NCBI GenBank assembly: GCA_964643065.1
Contig: CAZXPD010000006.1
Span: forward strand, 552-64,551
Direction of reading: 5' to 3'
DNA from: an uncultured Gammaproteobacteria bacterium
GTDB lineage: Bacteria; Cyanobacteriota; Vampirovibrionia; Gastranaerophilales; CAZEDP01
Length of the DNA: 64,000 nt
In this document: one piece after another, positions 1 to 9,521 of the stretch
Position numbering within the stretch: position 1 is the stretch's first letter
Layout: each line of letters opens with the position of its first letter
Notes under the pieces: model-generated
Told to the model about the DNA's origin: nothing
Database searches by the model: none
What the model saw: only the letters and a program-made list of their open reading frames with translations
Position numbers and translations under genes: made by a program

Positions 1-2
1 CA

Positions 3-785
3 ATGAATCTGTTTGTCAAGGGAAATAATAATAAATACGAAGGACAGGATTTTGAAAATGGAGATTCTGACAGCGGTGTTGATAATGTTATATTCAAGGG
101 AAATCAAAATACTGCAGATAATGTCGAATCCGCTATTGCCGTAGGTGAAGGAAACTCCTTGAGAGCCACCAGTACCGTTAAAGAAGCAACCGGCTATGAA
201 AAGAAAGAAGAAGGCAACTTCATTGCAATTAACCCGGCAAAATTCGGAGAGTCTGACAATACAGAATTCGGAGCTTCCGAGTCTTCATCCTCAGGTTCCG
301 GCAGCGGTTCCTCTTCAAGCACATATAAAGGAAAGCAATACAGCGCAACAGCAACCTCTTTTGAACAAAAACTTCCGAGCGGAGCCCAAAAATATTACGA
401 TGATGGGCTTGAATACGTTAAATATTCAAGCGGAGATCATGGAAAGCTTTATACAAAAGCAACCATTAACGAAACAGATGAATATTATGAACTTTCATCA
501 GACAAAACCAAAGTTATAATTAAAGAAAAACAACCTATGCCTGAGGCAGAAACAACTTTATATGTTACAAATAAAGACGGCGAATACAAACAATTAACAC
601 AGGAAAACTACGAAAGAGCAAAAGAAAAGAATCTGCAGCCATTCTTAAAGTCGAATAATTTATATATTCCTGTAGACATTAAATTAGAAGACTTGCAGGT
701 AAGTGACAGCGATAAATGTTCATTAAAAACAACAGAAGAAGCAGTTCTGCCGGCAAATAATGAAACTGAAGATATAGATCAATAA
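3..785 (+). CDS. Hypothetical low-complexity Asn/Gly/Ser/Glu-rich protein, probably the C-terminal part of a longer protein that starts outside the window
   Basis: Open frame runs from the window edge. There is no signal peptide or recognisable domain, and it contains an SSSSGSGSGSSSS tract. A hairpin terminator follows. The overlapping 196..519 frame is a shadow ORF. Confidence 0.45.
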   Translation: MNLFVKGNNNKYEGQDFENGDSDSGVDNVIFKGNQNTADNVESAIAVGEGNSLRATSTVKEATGYEKKEEGNFIAINPAKFGESDNTEFGASESSSSGSGSGSSSSTYKGKQYSATATSFEQKLPSGAQKYYDDGLEYVKYSSGDHGKLYTKATINETDEYYELSSDKTKVIIKEKQPMPEAETTLYVTNKDGEYKQLTQENYERAKEKNLQPFLKSNNLYIPVDIKLEDLQVSDSDKCSLKTTEEAVLPANNETEDIDQ

Positions 786-810
786 AAACGGTTTATAAAG
801 CATTACTAAA

Positions 811-838
811 AGCGAGAACAAAATGGTTCTCGCTTTTA
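811..838. terminator. Bidirectional rho-independent terminator between convergent genes
   Basis: AGCGAGAAC (811-819) and GTTCTCGCT (826-834) form a perfect 9-bp stem with a 6-nt loop, followed by TTTT. Confidence 0.6.
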
Positions 839-3205
839 TGCTGAATAACCCAAAGACTTAAGCCAGTTTTGAATGGTTAAATTATTACCTGCCGATATTA
901 CTACCTCAACCGGCTGTTTATTTATTTTGTCAAAATCAACGAAATTCCGAGGGTCTTCCATTTCCTTGATTGCCTCCATTATGCCGATTTTCGAAGCCTT
1001 TTTCTGAAGTCGGGTAAGGAAAGACTGCACGGCGAAGTTTAAATATAAAGAAAGAACCAAGAATACACTCAAGACCCCTAATCCTCCTACCGCAAGCCAT
1101 TTTTTAAGCGACGGACCTGATTGTAATCCTTTTAACATAAAATTTGTAAGCTTTTCGTCATTTACGAATTTATCTAAATGAAGCTTTTTCAATCTATCCA
1201 TGATTTTTCCTGCTATGTTTGCCAATCTTTCAGCAAAAGCGCTAGGTTTTTCTTGAAGCTTACGAAGCGCCGCCTGCCCAAAATCTTTTGAATTTTCGTT
1301 TAAAGAAAGAATTTGTTTATTCAATGACAGAAATGCTTCTCCTTCATCTTTTGTTATTGGCTTATCAAGTACCTTTAGAAAGAAATCTTTAAAAAGCTCA
1401 TCATAATTACCTTCCTGAAAAAGCTTGTCAACATTCGCCTTTTCGCTTTGTTCTAGTGTATTGTAATACTGCACAACTTTGTTAATTTCTCTGTAACCAT
1501 TTGTTAAAAGGTCTTTTATTTCTATCTTTTCTTTTTTGGTTAGTCTGTCAAATTTTTCCAAAACGTCTTTATCATTCTTAAACAGAGTCTTGACAGAAAA
1601 ACTAAAAGCTTTTTCCTGATTGAGAATACCGACCTTGTTTAGGACTTTATAAACAAGATAGCTCCCGATGGCAAAAGACGGGAAAATAAGACCGGGTATT
1701 TGTTGTGCTATCTGTGTAAAGGCTTCAATATCTTCAGAATACGCTTGAGACTTCTCATCCATTTTTTCAAACATCAGAAAAGCTTTTTCCTGAAAATCTT
1801 TAGCCTGTTCGAGCTGTCCAAAATTAAGCTTAACCTGCTTTAAAGCAGCACGCATTTTCTTATCTTCTTTTCCCTTTGAATTTTTATATTGTTCATACTC
1901 CTTATAATCTTTCACAAGCTTAATGAAAAATTTTATATCTTCATTTGTTTGAGCAATAATCCCAAGTTTTTTCTCCTCAGATAATTTTACATTCCGAGCT
2001 TGAGCCATTTCTTCGTCTGAATAGGTAAGAAAATTTTTGGGATCATTTTCAAGTTCCTGTTTTGCCTTGAATCGTCCAATTTTTGCAGCCTGCAAAAGGG
2101 CTTTTCTTGCAAATAATACAATCAGCAAAGGAATTGAAAAAGCCATTAAACCGCTTAACAAAAGCTTAGAAGGAGAAGGCTTCAGGCTTGTTATAAGTTT
2201 ATCCTTATTCATTAGCCCGGATGCTTGAAGAGCTTTGTTTGACAAAAGAGAAGAGCCTATATACGTAAATGCCCCTAAAATTCCGCCTGAAAAAGTGGAC
2301 AAACCAAGAACAACACCAACGGCTGTTTCTGAATTTTCCACATACTCTTCTGAAGACATATCAACCTTTCTCATAACTCTTGTTAACAAGTCCTGATATT
2401 GTTTTGCCTTTTTTATCTCTTCAGGCGGAATACTGCTTTTAAATAAGCTTTGTCTGTATTTTTCCTTAAACTTATTCTGCTCAATGGAATTTAAATAAGC
2501 CTTTTTATCCTTAGATAAGTCAGAAATTGTCTTAAAAGTTTCCTTAATGTTATCAATTGGATTGAAACTTGATAGTCTTTTTAGTCGCTCTTCATCTTCA
2601 TCTTTTATATCGGACATATTAGCAGCAATTTTCCTTGCCTGTTTTATCTGTTCAGGAGTGTAGACGGCAAAAACATTAGGATCCTTTAGATCCTGCTCTC
2701 TGGATTGAAAACGAGCTATTCTTGAAGCTTTTTTCTGCTCACTGCTCGCCCATATATACATGGGTAAAGTTAAATACGCCATCATAATAGAGGGCAAAAG
2801 AGTTAAGAAATAGGTTTTCCAATACTTTACGGTTGACATATTCGTAAAGACTTTTGAACCAAACAGTAAATCTTTATTTTTTTGCAGCAGTGCTATTTGC
2901 AAAACTAAAGCAGGCAAAGACGCAAAGCCTATCAGCCCCTCTGTTGCAGTCTCTACATCTCTGCATTTAGCTTCTGAGTATTCATCCATTACATCTACAG
3001 CATGAAGAAGAGCTTTTCCCTGTCTGTTAGAAAACTCAAGTAAAGCAGGAGACGGCTTTAGCTTGTTATGAAGAGCCTGTCTTTGAGCTTCTTTGTCTTC
3101 CTGTTTTTTGTTCCATACTTCATATTCCGGCCATTTATCTTTAACAGTATTAACACTGCCGATAAACTCTCTTGGATTTATGTTTATATCAAAAAATTCA
3201 ATCAA
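836..3205 (-). CDS. Large orphan membrane protein with an internally triplicated module
   Basis: 789-aa ORF with a TTG start and AAGG about 8 nt upstream. Three pairs of hydrophobic helices are separated by Lys/Glu-rich helical linkers. Motifs recur three times (see findings). No family recognised. Confidence 0.6.
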   Translation of the reverse strand: MIEFFDININPREFIGSVNTVKDKWPEYEVWNKKQEDKEAQRQALHNKLKPSPALLEFSNRQGKALLHAVDVMDEYSEAKCRDVETATEGLIGFASLPALVLQIALLQKNKDLLFGSKVFTNMSTVKYWKTYFLTLLPSIMMAYLTLPMYIWASSEQKKASRIARFQSREQDLKDPNVFAVYTPEQIKQARKIAANMSDIKDEDEERLKRLSSFNPIDNIKETFKTISDLSKDKKAYLNSIEQNKFKEKYRQSLFKSSIPPEEIKKAKQYQDLLTRVMRKVDMSSEEYVENSETAVGVVLGLSTFSGGILGAFTYIGSSLLSNKALQASGLMNKDKLITSLKPSPSKLLLSGLMAFSIPLLIVLFARKALLQAAKIGRFKAKQELENDPKNFLTYSDEEMAQARNVKLSEEKKLGIIAQTNEDIKFFIKLVKDYKEYEQYKNSKGKEDKKMRAALKQVKLNFGQLEQAKDFQEKAFLMFEKMDEKSQAYSEDIEAFTQIAQQIPGLIFPSFAIGSYLVYKVLNKVGILNQEKAFSFSVKTLFKNDKDVLEKFDRLTKKEKIEIKDLLTNGYREINKVVQYYNTLEQSEKANVDKLFQEGNYDELFKDFFLKVLDKPITKDEGEAFLSLNKQILSLNENSKDFGQAALRKLQEKPSAFAERLANIAGKIMDRLKKLHLDKFVNDEKLTNFMLKGLQSGPSLKKWLAVGGLGVLSVFLVLSLYLNFAVQSFLTRLQKKASKIGIMEAIKEMEDPRNFVDFDKINKQPVEVVISAGNNLTIQNWLKSLGYSA

Positions 3206-3299
3206 ATTAAAACCTTGAAAAATTAATGAACGCCTAAATAATTAAAACAAAACAAACAGATAAGTTGCTCTTTTTCGCGAAAAAAGATTAAATCTTAAT

Positions 3300-4175
3300 A
3301 TGAAAACAAACTTCTTTGATTATCTTTCAGAATACTTGGAATATCTCTCAGTAGAAAGAGGATTATCCTCAAACACAGAACAAGCGTACAGAAGAGATAT
3401 TATATTCTTTATAAACTTTCTTGAAAAAAGCTCTGTATTTGAATTTGAACAAGTTTCAAAGTCAATAATAAATTCATATATAAGAGAGCTTAGAAACCTG
3501 AACTATTCACCTACAAGCATAGTCCGCAAAACAGCATCACTAAGAGGTTGGTTCAAATGGCTAAGCGCTAATGAACTGATAGAACATGATCCAACGGTAA
3601 GTTTAGAAGGACTTAGACTAAGCAGGTACTTACCTAAAGTATTATCAATTAACGAAATAAACGCTCTTTTTTCACAAGACCTGAATAATATTCAAAAAGC
3701 TGTTATAGAGTTGCTATACGCAGCGGGACTAAGAGTTTCCGAGCTTAGCGGATTGAATTTATCAAATGTTAACCTTGCCCAGGGGTACGTCAGGTGTTTT
3801 GGAAAAGGCTCAAAAGAAAGACTTGTCCCTATAGGAGGCTCAGCAAAAAGAGCAATAGAAAATTATTTAAAAGAAAGAAACATAACTGTTGCCGAAAATA
3901 GCCTTAAAACACAGGCTCTTTTCTTGGGAAGAAAAGGAAGAATAACCAGACAAGAAATATACATCATCATTAAAGAAGCAGGAAGGCTTATAAACAAAAA
4001 CATTACTCCGCATACCCTCAGGCACAGCTTCGCAACGCACATGCTTGAAAACGGAGCAGATTTAAGAGTTGTGCAAGAGCTTTTAGGGCACAGCAGTGTT
4101 GCAACAACCCAATTATACACACACATAAGCAAAAAGAGACTTAAAGAAGTTTATTTTTCATTGAATTCTGATTAA
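3300..4175 (+). CDS. xerD: Tyrosine site-specific recombinase, XerC/XerD family
   Basis: C-terminal catalytic signature LRHSFATHMLENGADLRVVQELLGHSSVATTQLYTH and an N-terminal core-binding domain (YLSVERGLSSNTEQAYRRDI). Length of 291 aa is typical. Confidence 0.8.
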   Translation: MKTNFFDYLSEYLEYLSVERGLSSNTEQAYRRDIIFFINFLEKSSVFEFEQVSKSIINSYIRELRNLNYSPTSIVRKTASLRGWFKWLSANELIEHDPTVSLEGLRLSRYLPKVLSINEINALFSQDLNNIQKAVIELLYAAGLRVSELSGLNLSNVNLAQGYVRCFGKGSKERLVPIGGSAKRAIENYLKERNITVAENSLKTQALFLGRKGRITRQEIYIIIKEAGRLINKNITPHTLRHSFATHMLENGADLRVVQELLGHSSVATTQLYTHISKKRLKEVYFSLNSD

Positions 4176-4206
4176 CAAATGTTTGTTTTAATCATCTAAA
4201 AAAGAA

Positions 4207-4231
4207 CAGGAGAGAATCCTTTCCCTCCTTT
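4207..4231. terminator. Possible weak bidirectional terminator
   Basis: AGGAGAG (4207-4213) pairs with CCCTCCT (4222-4228) with one mismatch, followed by a T-run. It lies between convergent xerD and the phosphoesterase gene. Confidence 0.3.
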
Positions 4232-4258
4232 TATATATGCATTATTATGAGTATTTGA

Positions 4259-6322
4259 TTATAAGATTCTCTTTTCTGCCGGATCAGCAGTTACAAGAAC
4301 CCTATCATGCTCATCGGCATATTTCCTAAGCAAATCATCCATCGGTAATATTTTACCGTTTTCGCTTATATTGGTTTGGAATCTTCCTTCTTCTCCAAGC
4401 TTCATTGCTGTATCAAGTTTTTTGCGCATAAAGAAGTAACTGAGAAGAGCAACATTGTATTCTTTTTTAACATCTATGTTTTGATAAACACCGTTTTCAT
4501 CCTTGATTTGAATTAAAGAATCCATATCAAGCTGTTTATTAGCCACTTTGGAGGCAATGTATTTTTTTATTTCTTCCGGTTTTACATCTTTTCTTTTCTT
4601 ATTGGTTTCAATAATATATTCGTCAATAATTTTCATAAACGCTGTCTTGTTGACGCGCATTCCCGACCATTGAACAAGGGTATTCCTTGTTTGATCTTTA
4701 CTGTGATCAACCATGTTTTCTATTATTATTTCACCGATAAGTCCGCCGTCTATTTTGTCTGTTCTAATTTCAGACAAGTCAAGAGTTTGTCCGATAAGAA
4801 TATTTCTAAACTGCATGTGGCTTACTTTTGGAGTATTAACATCACTACCACGACTTAAATCAAGTTTTTGTCTGAAGGCGGAGGAAGGAACTCCAAAAAT
4901 ACGGCTCTTTGGTCTGCCTTCTTTTTCTTCGTACTTATTGATTTCAGCAAGAATCCAATCAGTTACGGAATTAGCCTGCAGATTGTTCTCTACTCTGATT
5001 TTCTTGTCTGTTAACTGTTTTAGGTTTTTGTTTTCATCTTTTCTCTCGGCTTCTTCCGGAAGTTTGATTGTATATCTGGGCTTCAAATCTTCTTTAAATA
5101 AATCTTCTTTAAGTTTTAAGAAAGGGTTATCTGTTTTGACATCTTTATCACCGACTGTCGGATAGGTTTTGGTATCAAAATTATCAAATTCACCATTGTC
5201 GTTGAAGTGGAACTTGAGAGACCTTGAAAATTTGTTATCATCGCCAAACGAGAAAATCGGAATAGATCTGGTTATGTTTCCCTCTTTTTTGTTAACGGTA
5301 ACTTCTTCAAACTTGTGGTCATGTCCGTTAATCACAGCAGTTATTCCGTTTACATTTTTAACAATCATTTTACTGACAGGGCGTCCCGTGTGGGAGCCTA
5401 TTAAGACAACACCGTTAGGGTTATCTTTTCTGAACTTCTCAATAACTCTGTTAAGTTTTTCATAAGTCTCTATAAGATCTGATTCTTTTATTTTGGCGTC
5501 TTTTTTATCGGTTTTATTATAGAACGCTGTTTCTTTTACCTTGCCCGGGCAATAAAAATCAAGACCCGGAATCGTTACCCCAAGAAACAAGATTTTGTTT
5601 ATCAAATCAGGTTTTTTGTTGTCAGGAAGACTTATAATATGTGATTCTTCAATTATTCCGCCTTGTTTCCCGTCTTCTCCAAGTAGCTTCTTGAGATTTT
5701 CAAGCTCTTTTTTGTCTGCTTCTTTAAGCTTATCTTCTTTCTCTTTCTTAGATAACTTTTCGAATTTTCTTATTTCTTTAGCCCTGTCGGCTTCTAATTC
5801 ACAGAAAAGAGGAGAGAACTTGCAGGCATTAGTTACAACTGTTGTTAAATTTTTGGCTTTTGTCAGGAACGAAAACAACATCCTGTCTCCGCCGTCAAGA
5901 TCATGGTTTCCTACAACAAATAATGCTTCAAAATTAGGATCATTTCCGCCCCTTAAATCCTTTATCTTGTTTTGAACCATATCAATAAAGGTTGTTAAAT
6001 ATTGATATTCAAAATCTCCGGCGGTTTTATCAGGGTGAGTTACAAAGTCTTGCCTGCCCGGGTCCATAAACCAATCCCCGTTAAAAAGAACTATGTTTTT
6101 TGTATCTTTTCCTTCTCCCTGAGTGCTTGCTGAAGGAAAAATGTCTTTGGCGTTGTTTAAAAAAGTTTGAGCCAAGTTGGGGAGGGATGAAACCTGAAAA
6201 TGGTTATCGCTCATTGCATACATATTTAATTGAGCTTCACCGAAATTCACATTTGAATCTTTTTGTTTATTAAAACCCTGTTTCCCAAGGGTATTTATAT
6301 ATGAAATGTCTGAAATTCTCAT
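4259..6322 (-). CDS. Metallophosphoesterase, calcineurin-like, resembling the 5'-nucleotidase/UshA type, with a polar N-terminal extension
   Basis: Motifs SDNH, GDWFMDPG, GNHDLD, GSHTG and NGHDHKF. I prefer the ATG at 6322 (MRISDIS...), which has GAGGG 8 nt upstream, over the TTG at 6358. There is a Lys/Glu-rich insertion. Confidence 0.7.
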   Translation of the reverse strand: MRISDISYINTLGKQGFNKQKDSNVNFGEAQLNMYAMSDNHFQVSSLPNLAQTFLNNAKDIFPSASTQGEGKDTKNIVLFNGDWFMDPGRQDFVTHPDKTAGDFEYQYLTTFIDMVQNKIKDLRGGNDPNFEALFVVGNHDLDGGDRMLFSFLTKAKNLTTVVTNACKFSPLFCELEADRAKEIRKFEKLSKKEKEDKLKEADKKELENLKKLLGEDGKQGGIIEESHIISLPDNKKPDLINKILFLGVTIPGLDFYCPGKVKETAFYNKTDKKDAKIKESDLIETYEKLNRVIEKFRKDNPNGVVLIGSHTGRPVSKMIVKNVNGITAVINGHDHKFEEVTVNKKEGNITRSIPIFSFGDDNKFSRSLKFHFNDNGEFDNFDTKTYPTVGDKDVKTDNPFLKLKEDLFKEDLKPRYTIKLPEEAERKDENKNLKQLTDKKIRVENNLQANSVTDWILAEINKYEEKEGRPKSRIFGVPSSAFRQKLDLSRGSDVNTPKVSHMQFRNILIGQTLDLSEIRTDKIDGGLIGEIIIENMVDHSKDQTRNTLVQWSGMRVNKTAFMKIIDEYIIETNKKRKDVKPEEIKKYIASKVANKQLDMDSLIQIKDENGVYQNIDVKKEYNVALLSYFFMRKKLDTAMKLGEEGRFQTNISENGKILPMDDLLRKYADEHDRVLVTADPAEKRIL

Positions 6323-6376
6323 AGTCTTCGCCCTCTTTAAGCGATTATATAACCTCAAATCTGTAAAATATTTTAT

Positions 6377-6410
6377 AAAATCGCGGGGGTATTCACACTC
6401 CCGCGATTTT
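6377..6410 (-). terminator. Rho-independent terminator downstream of fba
   Basis: AAAATCGCGGG (6377-6387) pairs perfectly with CCCGCGATTTT (6400-6410) around a 12-nt loop. A and T runs are present on both sides. Confidence 0.7.
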
Positions 6411-6421
6411 AGTTAATTAAT

Positions 6422-7609
6422 TTATGCTGTAGCGGAAAGACTTGCTGCTTTGCCTGTTGCGTTAAGCATATCAAGCTTTCTGAGAGCGATTTCTGTTGTT
6501 GCGTCTCTTGCAGGTCCTAAATAATCTCTAGGTGTGTATTTGCTGTAGTTATTAATCATGTAGTCTCTGATAGCTGCTGTGTAAGCCATTCTAAAGTCTG
6601 TATCGACATTAACTTTAGCCATCTTGTATTCTTTAACAGCTTTGTTATAAAGGTCTTCGCTGACGCCTTTGCCCTTGACGCTCTTGTCAAATTTCTTAAG
6701 CTCGTCTCTGTATTCTTGTTTAATACCTTCATCTTTGAGCATTTGATTAAACAATACTCTCGGAATAAGAACGTTTTTATTTACTCTTTCAACAAGGTCG
6801 GCAGGAACGCTGGATGCGCCATGAAGAACTAACGGATAGTGTTCGTTTTCACCAAGTTTGCCTTCTGCTCTTAATCTTGTTTCAATTTTTTCTCTTATTA
6901 ATTTGATTCTGTCGAAGTCTAAAGCAGGAGTTTCATCTTCTGAGAACTTAACGTTACCGTGTTTTGTTCCTACTGAAACAGCAAGGGCATCACAGCCGGT
7001 TCTTGATACAAATTCTGCGGCTTCATCAGGATCTGTATAAAGTTGTTCTTTAGAAATTACATTATCTTCTTGTCCTTGAATTTTGCCGAGTTCTGCTTCT
7101 ACGAATACGCCTCTTGCGTGTGCATATTCTACAACTTCTTTAGACATTTTTACGTTTGTTTCGAAATCATGCTTTGATGCATCTATCATAACAGAGTCAA
7201 AGCCCTGATCTACACAGTGATTACATGTTTTTACATCTGTTCCGTGATCAAGATGCAGCATGACAGGAACTGTGAATTGTGGCCTGAAAGCATCAAACAT
7301 ACCAATAAGCGGATTTTCTCCGGCGAATTTTCTTGCGCCTTGTGAAATTTGAATAACGCATGGTGCGTTTGCTTTATTAACAGCTGCAACAAGACCTTGA
7401 AGAGAAATAAGCTCGTTGAAGTTAAAGGCGCCAAGAGCATATTGATTGTTCATGGCGTGTTGATAATAGCTTCTGACCTTATTGAGCTTAGCCTTTGCTT
7501 CTTGAGGATTTAATTGTTTTTTGTCTTCGGCTTTTTTAGAATCTCCTATTTGCACATTACCTGTTGTTGATAAATAAAGGTTGTTTACGTAATCAATGCG
7601 CATACTCAT
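6422..7609 (-). CDS. fba: Class II fructose-bisphosphate aldolase with an N-terminal extension of about 40 aa
   Basis: YALGAFNFNE, VMLHLDHG, EAELG and LVLHGASS motifs. The ATG at 7609 (MSMRIDY...) has AAAGGAGAA 8 nt upstream, so the track start at 7630 (TTG) is probably over-extended. Confidence 0.85.
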   Translation of the reverse strand: MSMRIDYVNNLYLSTTGNVQIGDSKKAEDKKQLNPQEAKAKLNKVRSYYQHAMNNQYALGAFNFNELISLQGLVAAVNKANAPCVIQISQGARKFAGENPLIGMFDAFRPQFTVPVMLHLDHGTDVKTCNHCVDQGFDSVMIDASKHDFETNVKMSKEVVEYAHARGVFVEAELGKIQGQEDNVISKEQLYTDPDEAAEFVSRTGCDALAVSVGTKHGNVKFSEDETPALDFDRIKLIREKIETRLRAEGKLGENEHYPLVLHGASSVPADLVERVNKNVLIPRVLFNQMLKDEGIKQEYRDELKKFDKSVKGKGVSEDLYNKAVKEYKMAKVNVDTDFRMAYTAAIRDYMINNYSKYTPRDYLGPARDATTEIALRKLDMLNATGKAASLSATA

Positions 7610-7816
7610 AATAGATATTTCTCCTTTCAAATAACATCATGGTTATAACTCTCGATATTGATATAAAACCCGTAAATATAAAAGTTGATACTTTAGGAAT
7701 ATTAAATTTACATTTTTTTACATTTAAGCCAAATTTTGGGTTTTACTAGCACTTTTTGATAGTGTTTTGTTTTATATCTTGTGGAAGTAAATCACTCAAA
7801 CACATAAGGGGGAAAT

Positions 7817-8086
7817 ATGCTCAACTCAATTAATTTTAACCAAGCCGCAATAATTACTGCAAACAGAAATCAATCGTTTGGTTACTCTCCTAAGGGTCCT
7901 CTTTTTAGAGAATTAGCCCAAAAAGGAGCTCAGACTGTTGAAGAAGGAACAAAAGGAGGAAGAACTGATTTAAAAGAGCTCCTTGCAAGAAAAATAGGAC
8001 AAGCTCTTGATAAAAATGCAAAAACACCAATTCATCCTCCGCTAGAAACATTTAAAAAGGGAGAAAGACTCGCGGTTACAGCCTAA
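7817..8086 (+). CDS. Small hypothetical protein (89 aa) carrying the shared N-terminal motif
   Basis: Strong SD AAGGGGG upstream. N-terminus is MLNSINFNQAAIITANRNQSFGYS. No recognised domain. Confidence 0.55.
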   Translation: MLNSINFNQAAIITANRNQSFGYSPKGPLFRELAQKGAQTVEEGTKGGRTDLKELLARKIGQALDKNAKTPIHPPLETFKKGERLAVTA

Positions 8087-8178
8087 TTTGCTAAGATTCT
8101 TGCAAATATATTAGAGATTCTTTAATGTATTATTATAAACATATATAAGAGAGGGCATATTAAAAGAAAGGGGTAGAA

Positions 8179-8562
8179 ATGCTAAGAATCACAAGTGTTA
8201 AGACTGCAATTTCAACAGACAAACAAGCCTTAAAAAACAACGAAGCTCAATTGTCAAAATTTAGCAATGACTTGCAACAAGACTCTTTCGAAAAAAAGAC
8301 AGTTAGCTTTAAAGCAGCACAATCTAGTACTGCTGTTGTTTTACCTGAAGCTAAGAGAGTAATATTAATAGCCACAAGACAGTTTGTAGACCCTGCTCTT
8401 GCCGATCTATCTAGGGTAACTTCAAGAGAAATGGCAGCTGCAACAGAACGTTCAACACCTGTAATTGTTGACGGCAGCAGGAGAAAGGTTAATCCTGATA
8501 ATTTAGCCCCTGAAACAGTGAGAGCCATAAAAAATTTCGGTCGTCAGGCAATCGTTCTATAG
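8179..8562 (+). CDS. Small hypothetical protein (127 aa) carrying the shared N-terminal motif
   Basis: SD AAAGGGG upstream. N-terminus is MLRITSVKTAIS...KKTVSFKAAQ. The antisense ORF 8247..8528 is rejected as a shadow. Confidence 0.55.
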   Translation: MLRITSVKTAISTDKQALKNNEAQLSKFSNDLQQDSFEKKTVSFKAAQSSTAVVLPEAKRVILIATRQFVDPALADLSRVTSREMAAATERSTPVIVDGSRRKVNPDNLAPETVRAIKNFGRQAIVL

Positions 8563-8665
8563 TTTAAAACCTTAATAAATACAGCAATTATATGTAGAAA
8601 AATACAGCTAAAGATTTTAATATATCTTTATTAGGGATTACTGCACAAACAACAGTCAGGAAAGA

Positions 8666-8980
8666 ATGAAAAAATTTTTAGCTTTATATTCAGTTGCGCT
8701 GGTCTTATGCTTTTTTTCGCTGACAATTTTTATGTCAGGATGCAATAAAGACAACAGTATAAAAAAGAAAAAGAATGAAGCTTGGAATATATTCGGCTCC
8801 AAAGCAAAGTCGGACAAGCCAGAATTAATAAAACTCAAGAATGGGATTTTTGTCTATAAAGATAATTCCCCTAGTGAAAACCCACCTGATTACAGCGGTA
8901 AAGATCCGTTTAATAATCTTGAAACCAACTTCGGACCGTCAAGCATTAATTTCAATGCCGAAAAACCAAAGTACCAATAA
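8666..8980 (+). CDS. Small putative lipoprotein
   Basis: Signal peptide MKKFLALYSVALVLCFFSLTIFMSGC with a lipobox-like MSGC. Confidence 0.55.
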   Translation: MKKFLALYSVALVLCFFSLTIFMSGCNKDNSIKKKKNEAWNIFGSKAKSDKPELIKLKNGIFVYKDNSPSENPPDYSGKDPFNNLETNFGPSSINFNAEKPKYQ

Positions 8981-9094
8981 ATTTTAATACTAAACATTAA
9001 GGTTTTTGAACAATTTTGTCTCAATAGAGGCAAAAATTTTTATGTTTGGGTTTTAAGTATTTAGCGTATTAAATTGTTAAAAAGAGGAACAATA

Positions 9095-9448
9095 ATGCAA
9101 ATTAACAACAATTCTTCAACTATTGGATTTAAAAGTCTTATTCATGTGGATTTTCCAAAGAGTATGGAGTCCGCACAAAGAAGAGTTCTGGCAGAGCAAA
9201 TAGACAACATGGCAACCGCTTTTATGCCGATGGGCGTTGGACCGATAGAAAAGCTTGATTCTTTTGAATTTTTAACGAGGGGAGATGTGCCAGAGGGCTC
9301 TGTAAGTCGTCTATTATCAGAAAAAGACCATACAGCTAAAGCAGTTGGGATCTTAGAAAGCTTTGGACTTGAGAAAAAAAAGGATTTCACGGTTAGAGAA
9401 GAAACTCCTGACGAAAAACTAATTCCTGCCAGAGAATTTTGGACTTAA
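9095..9448 (+). CDS. Small hypothetical protein carrying the shared N-terminal motif
   Basis: The ATG at 9095 (MQINNNSSTIGFKSL...) has AAGAGGA 7 nt upstream, and I prefer it to the track start at 9074. No domain recognised. Confidence 0.5.
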   Translation: MQINNNSSTIGFKSLIHVDFPKSMESAQRRVLAEQIDNMATAFMPMGVGPIEKLDSFEFLTRGDVPEGSVSRLLSEKDHTAKAVGILESFGLEKKKDFTVREETPDEKLIPAREFWT

Positions 9449-9521
9449 TACATCTTCAGGGAATGAGTTATTACAAGAATGCTATACTGTTTTTGAAGCA
9501 GCAGAAACGGTTTAATTCGGC

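Noticed and set aside
196-519. Alternative-frame and antisense ORFs in the track, including 196..519, 2037..2228, 3863..4132, 4670..5975, 7231..7440, 8247..8528, 22439..23410, 36266..36721, 59327..60600, 61353..61918 and 62613..63412.
   Set aside because: Each lies wholly inside a longer ORF that has clear family motifs. They have low-complexity, Ser/Leu/Phe-rich shadow-frame composition and no ribosome-binding sites.
3300-4175. Tyrosine recombinase as a marker of an integrated mobile element.
   Set aside because: The sequence is XerC/XerD-like and of typical length. It is flanked by housekeeping or orphan genes, with no phage genes, no transposase, no tRNA target and no flanking direct repeats that I could see.
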